64,000 nt of DNA from Spirochaetia bacterium (lineage in GTDB: Bacteria; Spirochaetota; Spirochaetia; UBA9216): contig OZ223270.1 in NCBI GenBank assembly GCA_965140585.1, forward strand, positions 224,001 to 288,000, in the 5' to 3' direction. Below are positions 1 to 9,712 of the stretch, in pieces (the first letter of the stretch is position 1; the number at the start of each line of letters is the position of its first letter). The notes below the pieces were generated by a model, which was given only the letters and a program-made list of their open reading frames with translations, made no database searches and was not told where the DNA came from. The position numbers were made by a program, and so were the translations under genes.

Positions 1-940
1 GCGTAACATGAAGTGGAGGCATAATCATGACTTTCGGAACATCCAGGCCTTCGATAAGATCGATCGCAACATACAATCCTGAAGCTGCACTCCAGGGGTT
101 TGCAGCCCATGAGAATGTTTCATATCCGGTAGCAGCCTTTTCATTTGCCCACCATGTGAGGAAATTACCGCGGTTTCCGCCGATAACAATCGGAAGATCA
201 CGTCCTGCTGCATTGAAAGCCTGAAGGGCACCGTAAGCGTCTCCGCCTTGACCTACAACACCGTCGACCTGTTTAATTCCAGGTAAGATTGATGTAATCT
301 GCTTCTGTGAAACAGATTCGGTCCATTCCCCGTAAACTTCACCGACAACTTCAATTCCAGGGTATTTAGCAAACTCATCAGCAAGAGCCTTGTGGAATGT
401 ATCATCAAAGGGTACACCTGCCATTCCTCTAATTTCGATGATATTACCTTTCTCTCCAAGCGCACCTACAAGGTAGCTTGCGGCATCATTGGCCATCTGA
501 GCTGTATCAAAGTTAATCTGATAACACTGATCAGTTGAAACAGGGCCGTCATTTACTATGACAACAGGGATTCCTGCTTTTGCAGCCTTTTCAATAGCAC
601 CGTTGAGCCCTGAAGCACTGCCCGGATCAATAATGATAGCATCTACACCGTCAAGGATAAGACTTTCAATCTGTGAAACCTGAGTTGCGACATTGTTATT
701 TGACTCAAGAATTTTATAACTTGAGAGGACTCCGTCTGCCACCATTTGATCGGCAAGTTTTCTAAAAAGACTTTCCATTGTCTGGCGATATGTATTCCCG
801 TTATAAGAGTTGGAAAAACCTATCTTATAACCTCCTTTTGTGGAATCGCCGGATGCGGATTCCTGATTTCCGGAAGCAAAAACAAAATTCCCGGTTACCA
901 GAAAAATCACCAGAAGAAATGTAAAAATTTTTTTCTTCAT
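1..940 (-). CDS. Sugar ABC transporter substrate-binding protein (RbsB/periplasmic binding protein type 1), 3' end outside window
   Basis: Missing from the ORF track because it runs off the edge. Manual translation from ATG at 940: MKKKIFTFLLVIFLVTGNFVFASGNQE...KIGFSNSYNGNTYRQ...QIESLILDGVDAIIIDP...AGIPVV. SD GGAG upstream. Confidence 0.85.
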   Translation of the reverse strand, partial: MKKKIFTFLLVIFLVTGNFVFASGNQESASGDSTKGGYKIGFSNSYNGNTYRQTMESLFRKLADQMVADGVLSSYKILESNNNVATQVSQIESLILDGVDAIIIDPGSASGLNGAIEKAAKAGIPVVIVNDGPVSTDQCYQINFDTAQMANDAASYLVGALGEKGNIIEIRGMAGVPFDDTFHKALADEFAKYPGIEVVGEVYGEWTESVSQKQITSILPGIKQVDGVVGQGGDAYGALQAFNAAGRDLPIVIGGNRGNFLTWWANEKAATGYETFSWAANPWSAASGLYVAIDLIEGLDVPKVMIMPPLHVT

Positions 941-1049
941 TTTTTTCTCCTTTATATAATCCATAAAGTTTATTTTAATGGAACAACCAATTCCTGTCTG
1001 AGGTATTGTTTGTTCCACAATTACCATTTAAGAAGTTTGTGATATTCAT

Positions 1050-1061
1050 CTGATATATCAG
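1050..1061. promoter_or_regulatory. Perfect 12-bp palindrome CTGATATATCAG, candidate GntR/FadR-type operator in the divergent intergenic region
   Basis: Palindrome seen directly between the divergent SBP and M20 genes; regulator family is inferred. Confidence 0.45.
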
Positions 1062-1153
1062 TATGATATTAGAAAAGATATTATCATTGCTTTTTTCTGC
1101 TGTCAACAAAAAGATTTTCGTAATATCCATTTTTCCGTATAGTGATTATAATA

Positions 1154-2605
1154 ATGACCATGTTTAGTATTCCCGCAGTTATATTAGCCCTAATAATTTT
1201 GATTTGCCTGAAAACACTGATAACAGCCAGAACCGGCTCTTACTCAGATTACAAGCCGGAACCCTGTGAAAATGAAGCAGCCGAAAGACTGGCGAAAGCG
1301 GTAAGGATAAAAACAGTATCCCACTCCGATTATTCACTCAATGATCTGGAAAAACACAGGGACTTTCAGAAATTCCTTACGAACAGCTTCCCCTCCTTTC
1401 ACAGCACCGCAGAAAGAACGGTTCTCAGTGATTACGGAATTATATATAAATGGCCGGGACGCTCAGAAAAGCAGAAAGCACTTTTATTCATCGCCCACTA
1501 TGATGTGGTACCGGCAGATGATTCTAAATGGACCTACCCCCCTTTTGACGGGAAAATTATCGACGGATATATATGGGGCAGAGGAACTCTCGATACAAAG
1601 AATACGCTGATGGGAATTCTTGAGGCGGCCGAAAGTCTTTGCAAAGAAAGCTTCGTCCCCAAAAGAGACATCTATTTTGCTTTCGGAGGAGACGAGGAAA
1701 CAGAAGGCAACCTCGGAGCTGTTAAAATCGCTGCACACTTTAAAGCACAGGGAATAAGTTTTGAGTGGATGCACGACGAAGGCTCTATCATTGCGGACGG
1801 CATAATAAAGGGAGTCAACCGCAAACTAGCGCTGATAGGTACTGCCGAAAAAGGATATGCGGATATTCGTCTGAAAACAGAGTCAAAGGGCGGCCATGCA
1901 GCAATGCCTCCGGCAATGACAGCAACAGGACGGATAGCCCGGGCCGTAACAAGAATAGAGAAAAACCCTTTCCCCATGAGATGGATAAAAACAACCCGAA
2001 AGATGTTTTCAGGGATGTCATCCGGTTCAGAATCCTGGATGAAGGTTGTTCTTGCCAACATATGGCTTTTCGGGCCGGTAATAAAATTGGTAATGGGTAA
2101 AAGTCCGCAGTCGGCGGCACTGCTTCGAACAACAACTGCTCCGACAATGATAAAGGGAAGCAGCAAGGAAAATGTACTGGCGGAAACCGCAACCGCCGTC
2201 ATAAACACCAGAATACTATCGGGAGACACTCTTGAAACGGCCCTTGCAAGAATCAGAAAGGTTATTAAAGATGATAGCATTGAGGTAAGCCTGCTTAATC
2301 CCGATTCCGCGAACAATCCTGTTTCAGAATCGAGCACAAGAGGACAGGGATATAAAATTATCAGCAAGGTGATCTCTGAAACAGTGCCCGACGCACTAAT
2401 CCTGCCCTACCTGAACACAGGCACGACTGACTCTAAGGCATACATCGAATGCTGTGAAAATATTTACAGGCTTGCTCCTATGATATTACAGCCTGAGGAC
2501 GTTGAAAGCATACATGCATCAAATGAGAAAATCAGCCTAGAAAACTACGGACTTGTAATCAGATTCTACAAAACAATGTTCCAGAAAATAAACGGAGATA
2601 AATAA
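1154..2605 (+). CDS. M20 family metallopeptidase/amidohydrolase (Gly-Xaa carboxypeptidase / PM20D1-like), N-terminal membrane anchor
   Basis: AHYDVVP, WGRGTLDTK, GGDEE, DEG, GTTDS and IHASNE motifs. Confidence 0.88.
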   Translation: MTMFSIPAVILALIILICLKTLITARTGSYSDYKPEPCENEAAERLAKAVRIKTVSHSDYSLNDLEKHRDFQKFLTNSFPSFHSTAERTVLSDYGIIYKWPGRSEKQKALLFIAHYDVVPADDSKWTYPPFDGKIIDGYIWGRGTLDTKNTLMGILEAAESLCKESFVPKRDIYFAFGGDEETEGNLGAVKIAAHFKAQGISFEWMHDEGSIIADGIIKGVNRKLALIGTAEKGYADIRLKTESKGGHAAMPPAMTATGRIARAVTRIEKNPFPMRWIKTTRKMFSGMSSGSESWMKVVLANIWLFGPVIKLVMGKSPQSAALLRTTTAPTMIKGSSKENVLAETATAVINTRILSGDTLETALARIRKVIKDDSIEVSLLNPDSANNPVSESSTRGQGYKIISKVISETVPDALILPYLNTGTTDSKAYIECCENIYRLAPMILQPEDVESIHASNEKISLENYGLVIRFYKTMFQKINGDK

Positions 2606-4066
2606 ATGGAGAAAACAGCGAAATCCAGCCTCAAAATAGGAAAGAACGCCTTCTTAGCAGCGGCAGGGATTATTCTTGTGCTGATGATAGTCTCAGGGAT
2701 TTTAACGATGATTCTTCCTTCCGGACAGTATGAACGCTATGAATCTGAAGAAAGAGTGCTGATAGTCCCTGATTCATACCACCAGATCGGCAAGCCCGAC
2801 TATCCTGTGTGGCGTTGGTTCACAGCTCCCCTTGAAGTCCTTGGACCGCCGAATAATGCGGCAATAATAACTATTATGCTCTTCATTGTTTTTGTAGGAG
2901 GATCAATTGCAATACTGGAGGGTTCGGGAGTGATGAAGGATCTTCTGGGTTTAATGGTTGAACGATTTATAAACAGAAAATACCTTCTTATGGGAATCAT
3001 GATATTTCTGTTCATGTTCCTTGCCGCATTTCTGGGAATTTACGAGGGGCTTGTTCCTCTTATAATCTTTATTGTTCCGCTGGCCTACTCGCTGGGCTGG
3101 GACTCTCTGACCGGTCTTGGACTAAGCCTTCTGCCGCTGGCCTTCGGATTTGCATCTGCTGTTACCAATCCTTTCACAATCGCTGTTGCACAGGGAATAG
3201 CCGAGCTTCCGCTTTTTTCAGGATCCTGGCTTCGGATAATATTTTTTATAGTTGTTTATTTCATCCTGTTTTTCTTCGTTTCACGCTATGCAAAAAAAAT
3301 CGAGAAAGACCCTTCTAAATCGCTTGTTCACAAAGAGGATCTGCCGCTTATTGCAGCTCACAAACTCAACTCGGAGTCTGAAAAAGATTCTGTGAAAAAT
3401 CCGGGAATGAAGAAGGCTCTTATATGGTTCGGCTCTTGCATGGGAATAGCAATTGCCTTTGTTATTCTGACTTCGATTATTCCGGCCATCAGCGATCTGG
3501 CTTTTCCCCTTATGGGCCTGATGTTTTTTATCGGCGGAATTGGTTCCGGTATATTTGCCGGCCTTAAGGCGGGGAAGATTGCGAAATCTTTTTTCAGCGG
3601 GATGGCAGGAATGCTTCCGGGAATACTGCTAATCATGATGGCCTACAGCGTAAAGCACATCATTGATAAGGGAATGATAACAGACACTATTCTCTACTCG
3701 GCTGCGACATGGATTGCGAGCACCCCGAAAATGGGAGCGGCTTTCATGATCTATCTGATTACCCTGCTTATGAACTTTTTCATAGGCTCGGCGTCCGCAA
3801 AGGCCTTCCTGATGATGCCGATACTAAGTCCGCTTTCCGATCTGGTTGGAATAACAAGACAGACTGCAGTTCTGGCCTTTGACTTCGGAGACGGTTTCAG
3901 CAATATGTTTTTCCCGTCAAATGCGCTGCTTTTAATTGCACTTGGTTTTACCGTTGTCAGCTACCCACGCTGGGTTAGATGGACATTTCCGCTGCAGCTG
4001 ATAATGCTTGCGATAACTTCAGTATTTCTTGGATTTGCGGTACTGATAGGCTTCGGACCCTTCTAA
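2606..4066 (+). CDS. YfcC/AbgT-type multi-TM transporter
   Basis: About 12 TM segments; LPSGQYER, TNPFTIAVAQGIAELPLFSG, AFDFGDGFSN motifs; abuts the M20 gene. Confidence 0.85.
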   Translation: MEKTAKSSLKIGKNAFLAAAGIILVLMIVSGILTMILPSGQYERYESEERVLIVPDSYHQIGKPDYPVWRWFTAPLEVLGPPNNAAIITIMLFIVFVGGSIAILEGSGVMKDLLGLMVERFINRKYLLMGIMIFLFMFLAAFLGIYEGLVPLIIFIVPLAYSLGWDSLTGLGLSLLPLAFGFASAVTNPFTIAVAQGIAELPLFSGSWLRIIFFIVVYFILFFFVSRYAKKIEKDPSKSLVHKEDLPLIAAHKLNSESEKDSVKNPGMKKALIWFGSCMGIAIAFVILTSIIPAISDLAFPLMGLMFFIGGIGSGIFAGLKAGKIAKSFFSGMAGMLPGILLIMMAYSVKHIIDKGMITDTILYSAATWIASTPKMGAAFMIYLITLLMNFFIGSASAKAFLMMPILSPLSDLVGITRQTAVLAFDFGDGFSNMFFPSNALLLIALGFTVVSYPRWVRWTFPLQLIMLAITSVFLGFAVLIGFGPF

Positions 4067-4740
4067 ATGAAGGGTCTGGCATTACGCTGTTTGTAAGCGC
4101 CGTTCTGCTTAAGGTTCATATTCCAGTAAAAATTGGTCAGTCCGGTATAACTTAATAATCGAAAACCCGTTCTTGCAAAAACATTCAGTCTGTATGGTTT
4201 TTTTATCTCCTCCACAAGGGTTGGATCAAATCTACCGTTCTCTGCAAAATACTTGCCGGCCCTGTTTATGCGCTCAAACAGTTTTCGGCTTGCTGCCGGA
4301 GGCATAAGCCGGAGCCCTTCTGAACCGCCCTTGATAATTGTACCTGCGTAATTAATTTCCATCCGCCTGCAGAGCCTTTCAAGATATGACTCAACACTAA
4401 AAGACTGGGCGGATTCGGGAAATCCCGAATGAACTATAAAACCGGCTGTTTTAAGTGAAGCCGGACGTTTCTGAAACAAATGTTCTATGAAAGCCTTGGT
4501 GATTCCCGGCATTGCGTCGGTATACAGCGGAAAGCAGAGGACAAGCACTTCAGCACTCTCAGCAGCGGTAAAAGCTTCTTCTCTTGCCTTACTGTTATGA
4601 AGATAAGCCTGCTTCACGCCATCAGCCCCGGAAACGCCGATTTCAGGAACTTCCTTACAGCCTTCTATAAAGTTATTCAGCAATACCGAAGAATTGGAGT
4701 TTTTACCTCGCGGAGATCCGTTAACAGCCAGCAGTTTCAT
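4063..4740 (-). CDS. Flavodoxin-like NAD(P)H-dependent oxidoreductase
   Basis: MKLLAVNGSPRGKNSNS, FPLYTDAMP, SGFPE; start reassigned to ATG at 4740. Confidence 0.8.
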   Translation of the reverse strand: MKLLAVNGSPRGKNSNSSVLLNNFIEGCKEVPEIGVSGADGVKQAYLHNSKAREEAFTAAESAEVLVLCFPLYTDAMPGITKAFIEHLFQKRPASLKTAGFIVHSGFPESAQSFSVESYLERLCRRMEINYAGTIIKGGSEGLRLMPPAASRKLFERINRAGKYFAENGRFDPTLVEEIKKPYRLNVFARTGFRLLSYTGLTNFYWNMNLKQNGAYKQRNARPFI

Positions 4741-5272
4741 TTTCAAACTCCTCGATCTTCCAGTCTTCCATCCACCTGACAAATTTCAAATCTCCATGAA
4801 AATTCAGCGAAAATCTTTTAAAAAGACCTTCGGTAATCTTCATATCCTCTTCGTCTGAACCAGCTTCCCGGCCAAGAAGAACTCCCAGTGCAGGATAAGA
4901 ATCATACCGTTTATGATGATGAGATTCGCCGTTTATCATCTGAATGTACGGATGAAGAAGAACTATCAGCCTGTCCATTATCTTTTTAAGTTCAGAGGAG
5001 ACAAAGCCAGCAATCATCGGGGAACTCAGAAGCAGAAAATCCGAATGTATTACCGATTTAAAAATTTCATCTGCACCGTCTTTTATAGAGCACTCGCCCG
5101 GAGTTTTCCACCAGCAGCTCCAGCAGCCGGTACAGAATTTTAAATTCATATCTTTTATAGAGTAATTTACAGCATTATGATGAGTCTGCAGCTCGTCCAG
5201 GATTCCGGCTAACTGTTTTTCATATTCAGAATTATCACCCTGAAAGCATCCATCAAGAACTGTTACCTTCAT
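4721..5272 (-). CDS. Flavodoxin family protein (iron-sulfur flavoprotein-like Cys motif)
   Basis: CTGCWSCWWKTPGEC motif, SPMIAGFVS, KKIMDR. Confidence 0.8.
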   Translation of the reverse strand: MKVTVLDGCFQGDNSEYEKQLAGILDELQTHHNAVNYSIKDMNLKFCTGCWSCWWKTPGECSIKDGADEIFKSVIHSDFLLLSSPMIAGFVSSELKKIMDRLIVLLHPYIQMINGESHHHKRYDSYPALGVLLGREAGSDEEDMKITEGLFKRFSLNFHGDLKFVRWMEDWKIEEFENETAGC

Positions 5273-5339
5273 AAACCCTCTTTTCTTTATTTAAATAAAA
5301 TATTTGATAATAAACTCCGGAAAATATATTATTTAATTA

Positions 5340-7628
5340 ATGTCGGCAAAAATCAAGTTTATAAAGTCAGGATTTTTTTCCAGAATGCTGTTAATTATCG
5401 GTATTGTCTCACTGCTTCCTCTATCTGCGCTAGTCTTCTTCAGTGCAAAACAGACCGACAATGTGCTTCGAAACGATATCAATGAACGGATGGATTTGCT
5501 TGGCGTACTTTATACTGAAAGAATTGAAAGCCTGCTGGATAATTATTTTTCATCTGTGAAAACGGTGGCCTCAATTGCCGGAGGCTATCGAAATCTTCCT
5601 GCCGATATAAGAAGACCCTTCTTATCAAATATCGTCCGTGAGACATTGTCCTATCATAAGGGGGAGTTCCATGCTGTATGGCTGCAGATGGAACCCGGTG
5701 CACTTGAGGACAATGAGGAAGATTACTATGGAACTATGCTCTCAGCTCCCAACGGAGGCTTTGATGCAACCTGGTACTTCGATGACGGCGAACCGGTTCA
5801 GGGGAAAATAACCAGCGAGGCCTACAATGAAGATTTTTATACCATACCCCGGACAAACAGAAAACCTACTGTGATAAAACCTTACTGGTGGTCTTATACA
5901 GGAGATATTGAAGATGCTGTGCTTGAAACAAGTCTATGTGTTCCGATTATCATTGAAAACAGGTTTCTGGGAGTAGCAGGAGCCGATGTTTCATTTAAGC
6001 AGATTCAGGATCTGATTAACGGTTTTGAAATCCCAAATAATGGTTATTTTGTTTTAATAGATTCTGAATCCGCCGTCAGACTCTCTCACCCGGAGCGCAA
6101 TCAGTTGGGAACTCCTATCTCAAATCTTTTGAATTCAGGTGAGTATAATTCTATAACAGACGGTTTTAAAAAAGAAGTCCCGTTTTCCATGACAAACATG
6201 CCCACATCAGACGGCTCACATGCCAGGGTAAGCCTTAACCCTATCAGGATTGATGATGCGGGAAACACCTGGTATGTGGCCACAATTATGACGAACTCAA
6301 ACCTTTACAAAAATTTAAATACAATAATCGAGTATCAGATATTCTTCGGAATTATCACCTTCGTTATTATGCTTTCAGCAATTTATATAGCATCAAATAC
6401 ACTTAGTAAGCCTATACTGGAGATAACCGAAAAAGTACAACAGATCTCGGCCGGCAGATTTAATCTGCGCTTAGACAACCAGTATAACAACGAACTTGAT
6501 CTTCTGATCGAATCCTTCAACACAATGACAGAGCGGGTGAAGAAGCTTCTTGAACAGCATGAGTCAACTAACAGAAATCTTGAAAGAATGGTAAGCGAAC
6601 GGACTACTGAACTTAACAAAACTATTCATGATCTGAATTCCTCACAGGACTCACTAATCCACTCAGAAAAACTTGCGGTTCTGGGAAACCTGACGGCAAA
6701 CATTGCACATGAACTAAACACACCGCTTGGGGCGATAGACTCATCAATTTCATACATAATTGAAGATGGAATAGACACAATAATCGCGCTGCCGGAGCAG
6801 ACCAGGGGTCTAAAACCTGAGGAACTGGAAATTCTAAAAGAACTGGAAAAGACCGGACGGAAGGCGGCCCTGAACATACAGCATATCCCGGATCGAAAAA
6901 AAAAGCGTGCCCTGGCTAAAAAACTGACTGAACTTGGTGTTGGGGATGCAGAGAACCTTGCTGATGAACTGGAAACCATGGGAGCCGCGGAGGATCAGGC
7001 CCGGATCATCGAACTGATTAAGAACGATAGAAGAAATCTGATAGATGCAGCTGTCATAATTACATCAGTAATGCGGGGACTGTACATAATACAGCAGGCA
7101 TCACGCAAGGCTGTTTCAACAATCTCCGCACTCTCCGGATATATACACAGCACACCGGATGAATCATTTACCGACATAGATATATGCAATGAGATCGACA
7201 ACATCTTAATTCTTTATTACAACCAGATCAAAAAGAACGTAACATTGAATAAAGAGTATAAAACCGCAACCACCGTTTCCGGAAACCGTGATAAACTAAA
7301 TCAAGTATGGATAAACCTTATCAACAACGGCCTCCATGCGATTGAATATAAGGGTTCACTGGGCATTGAGATAAAGGATGAGGGAGAGTTCATCTGCGTA
7401 TCCATTAAAGATAACGGTCACGGAATACCTGAAGATATGCAGGACCGGATATTTGAACCCTTCTTCACAACCAAATCGGAAGGTGAAGGTATAGGACTTG
7501 GACTTGATATATGTCGAAAAATTATCGAAGAGCATAAGGGCAGAATAGAGTTTACCAGCCGCCCCGGTGAAACAGTATTCTCGGTCTACCTGCCGCGATT
7601 TTTACAGAGTACAGGAGTGAGTACGTGA
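5340..7628 (+). CDS. Membrane sensor histidine kinase (dCache-HAMP-HisKA-HATPase)
   Basis: 2 TM segments, dCache-like GVAGAD, HAMP, H-box IAHELNTP, N-box NLINNG, DNGHGIP, FEPFFTTK, GIGLGL. Confidence 0.92.
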   Translation: MSAKIKFIKSGFFSRMLLIIGIVSLLPLSALVFFSAKQTDNVLRNDINERMDLLGVLYTERIESLLDNYFSSVKTVASIAGGYRNLPADIRRPFLSNIVRETLSYHKGEFHAVWLQMEPGALEDNEEDYYGTMLSAPNGGFDATWYFDDGEPVQGKITSEAYNEDFYTIPRTNRKPTVIKPYWWSYTGDIEDAVLETSLCVPIIIENRFLGVAGADVSFKQIQDLINGFEIPNNGYFVLIDSESAVRLSHPERNQLGTPISNLLNSGEYNSITDGFKKEVPFSMTNMPTSDGSHARVSLNPIRIDDAGNTWYVATIMTNSNLYKNLNTIIEYQIFFGIITFVIMLSAIYIASNTLSKPILEITEKVQQISAGRFNLRLDNQYNNELDLLIESFNTMTERVKKLLEQHESTNRNLERMVSERTTELNKTIHDLNSSQDSLIHSEKLAVLGNLTANIAHELNTPLGAIDSSISYIIEDGIDTIIALPEQTRGLKPEELEILKELEKTGRKAALNIQHIPDRKKKRALAKKLTELGVGDAENLADELETMGAAEDQARIIELIKNDRRNLIDAAVIITSVMRGLYIIQQASRKAVSTISALSGYIHSTPDESFTDIDICNEIDNILILYYNQIKKNVTLNKEYKTATTVSGNRDKLNQVWINLINNGLHAIEYKGSLGIEIKDEGEFICVSIKDNGHGIPEDMQDRIFEPFFTTKSEGEGIGLGLDICRKIIEEHKGRIEFTSRPGETVFSVYLPRFLQSTGVST

Positions 7629-8020
7629 ACAAAAAGGCTATACTTTGCGTAGATGACGAAGCCATTATTCTGATGTCAATCAAACAGGAACTTAAAAATC
7701 ATTTCAAAACACGTTTTCTTTATGAAACAGCTCTGAATGCTGAAGAAGCCCTTGAGATAGTAAATGATCTAACAGATGAAGGAGTGACACTGATTCTGGT
7801 GATTTCAGACTGGCTTATGCCCGGCATGAAGGGTGACGAATTTCTTCGCAAGATTCGAAATATCAATCCGGATATAAAAACAATGATGATCACCGGGCAT
7901 GCGGCAAAGGATGCTCTTGAAGCTGTAGAAAAAGAAAATCTTGCGGACAGAATCCTCATAAAACCCTGGAGAAACTCGCAGCTTATCTCGGCTGTAGAAG
8001 AAATAATTCCTCAGGTATAA
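7625..8020 (+). CDS. Single-domain response regulator (receiver)
   Basis: CVDDE, ISDWLMPGMKG, ITG, KPW; GTGA overlap with the kinase. Confidence 0.9.
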   Translation: MNKKAILCVDDEAIILMSIKQELKNHFKTRFLYETALNAEEALEIVNDLTDEGVTLILVISDWLMPGMKGDEFLRKIRNINPDIKTMMITGHAAKDALEAVEKENLADRILIKPWRNSQLISAVEEIIPQV

Positions 8021-8095
8021 TAATTATTAGCCCCTGTTTGTCGCCTTCTTTTATTTTTAGTATATTAGAATATACATATACAGGCAGGAGGTAAT

Positions 8096-8410
8096 ATGTC
8101 TCAAATAGCAGACAGTTTTGAAGAACTGGTTAAAACTAATGAACTTCCGGTACTTGTTGATTTTTACGCCGACTGGTGCGGTCCCTGTAAAATGGTAAGC
8201 CCCGTGATTGAAAGACTTGCCAAAGAATACAAGGGTAAAATCACAACAGTTAAGGTCAATACCGAAAAAAAGCAGAATATTGCATACCAGTATTCCATAG
8301 TTTCAATACCCACTATCATGCTTTTTCACAAGGGCAAACAGCTCATGCGTCTTGAAGGCGCTTATCCTTACGAATCACTTAAAGCAGAACTGGATCGCAA
8401 TCTTCCATAA
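8096..8410 (+). CDS. trxA: Thioredoxin
   Basis: VDFYADWCGPCKM, SIPT; strong SD AGGAGG. Confidence 0.95.
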   Translation: MSQIADSFEELVKTNELPVLVDFYADWCGPCKMVSPVIERLAKEYKGKITTVKVNTEKKQNIAYQYSIVSIPTIMLFHKGKQLMRLEGAYPYESLKAELDRNLP

Positions 8411-8434
8411 AAAGAGCCGGATTTATCCGGCTTT
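8411..8434. terminator. Probable bidirectional intrinsic terminator between trxA and wrbA
   Basis: AGCCGGAT-tt-ATCCGGCT hairpin flanked by A and T runs, between convergent genes. Confidence 0.65.
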
Positions 8435-8459
8435 AATAAGGCTATACGCTGCAGCCTGT

Positions 8460-9068
8460 TCAGGCTGCAAGTTTAGCTGCAATCTTCCCTACTCTGACGG
8501 CAAGGATTGATGCAAGCTGTTTTTCTGAATCACTGGGAAGTCTTGAACCATCCCCGGCAGAGACAGTTGTTGCTCCGTAAAAGGAACCGCCCTCTACCTC
8601 GGAACTGTTGAAAAGCAAGGGTTCAGTCTGCGGAAGACCGACAAAGATCATTCCATGATGCAGAAATGGGACCATTGATGTCAGAAGTGTAGACTCCTGC
8701 CCGCTGTGCTGGGTAGCCGAACCGGCAATCAGTCCGTAGGGTTTACCTACCAGAGCTCCGGACTGCCATAAACCACCGGTAGCATCAACAAAGGTCTTGA
8801 ACTGTGCAGGCATATTTCCAAATCTTGTAGGAAATGAGAATACAAACCCGTTATATTCAGGAAGCTTTTCAACATCAACCAGCGGAACATCCGCAAATGC
8901 TTTCTGAGCTTCAAGCGCTCCCATTTTTTCAAGAATGTCATCAGACAGGGTCTCAGGTACTCTGAGCAGATCCACCTCTACTCCTTCTCTCTTTAAACCT
9001 TCTGCTGCAGCTGCAGCCATAGCATAATTATGACCATAGGTCGAATAAAACAAAACAGCAATCTTCAT
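8460..9068 (-). CDS. wrbA: NAD(P)H:quinone oxidoreductase type IV
   Basis: FYSTYGH, RVPETL, PTRFGNM, TGGLW, QHSGQE, YGATT, DGSRLPS. Confidence 0.93.
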   Translation of the reverse strand: MKIAVLFYSTYGHNYAMAAAAAEGLKREGVEVDLLRVPETLSDDILEKMGALEAQKAFADVPLVDVEKLPEYNGFVFSFPTRFGNMPAQFKTFVDATGGLWQSGALVGKPYGLIAGSATQHSGQESTLLTSMVPFLHHGMIFVGLPQTEPLLFNSSEVEGGSFYGATTVSAGDGSRLPSDSEKQLASILAVRVGKIAAKLAA

Positions 9069-9086
9069 TTAAGACTCCTTAAGATA

Positions 9087-9518
9087 CTAAATAAGACCTG
9101 TACCTAGTTTTTTACACAGAGCGCCCAACTGCGCCTGCTCTTCTGCGGTCAGGACCTTCATACAATTAGATATACTCCGGGCATGCCGGGGGAAAATATC
9201 TGCAATAAGATTTCTTCCCTCGGGTGTCAGGCTAATGTATGTTTTACGCCGGTCCTTCAGACAGGGACGTCTTTCAACAAGCCCCTTTTTCTGAAGATTA
9301 TCAATTACCATTGTAAGATTCCCCTTTGTCTTGAGAATCTTTGCCGATAAATCTTTGGCAGTTAAATCACCCTTATGAAGGAGAACCTCAAGCACTCCGA
9401 ACTGACTGATAGTAAGTCCGCTGGCTTCAAGTTCCTCAGCAGCTACTAATGAGGATATCACTGCCTCTGCTCTAAGAAGTTTTGTATATGTATTTAATGC
9501 CAAATAATTCTCATTCAT
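9087..9518 (-). CDS. MarR family regulator (MhqR-like)
   Basis: GLTISQFGVLEVLLHKG, GNLTMVIDNL, DRR, LTPEG, IFPRHA. Confidence 0.88.
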   Translation of the reverse strand: MNENYLALNTYTKLLRAEAVISSLVAAEELEASGLTISQFGVLEVLLHKGDLTAKDLSAKILKTKGNLTMVIDNLQKKGLVERRPCLKDRRKTYISLTPEGRNLIADIFPRHARSISNCMKVLTAEEQAQLGALCKKLGTGLI

Positions 9519-9712
9519 ATTAGTAAAATATTAAACTATTCAATATTAAACCTTTAGTCAAGAAAAAAATGCAGAAAACTTGTATTTTTGTAATATCAAT
9601 CAATTTAATTTACAAATGGATTTCCTGCCCTTATATTTAATTCAGCTTAAAATCCTATAAAATTGTAGATTCATACAGGGTGATTTTTACTGACTTTTTG
9701 ATATATATTGAG

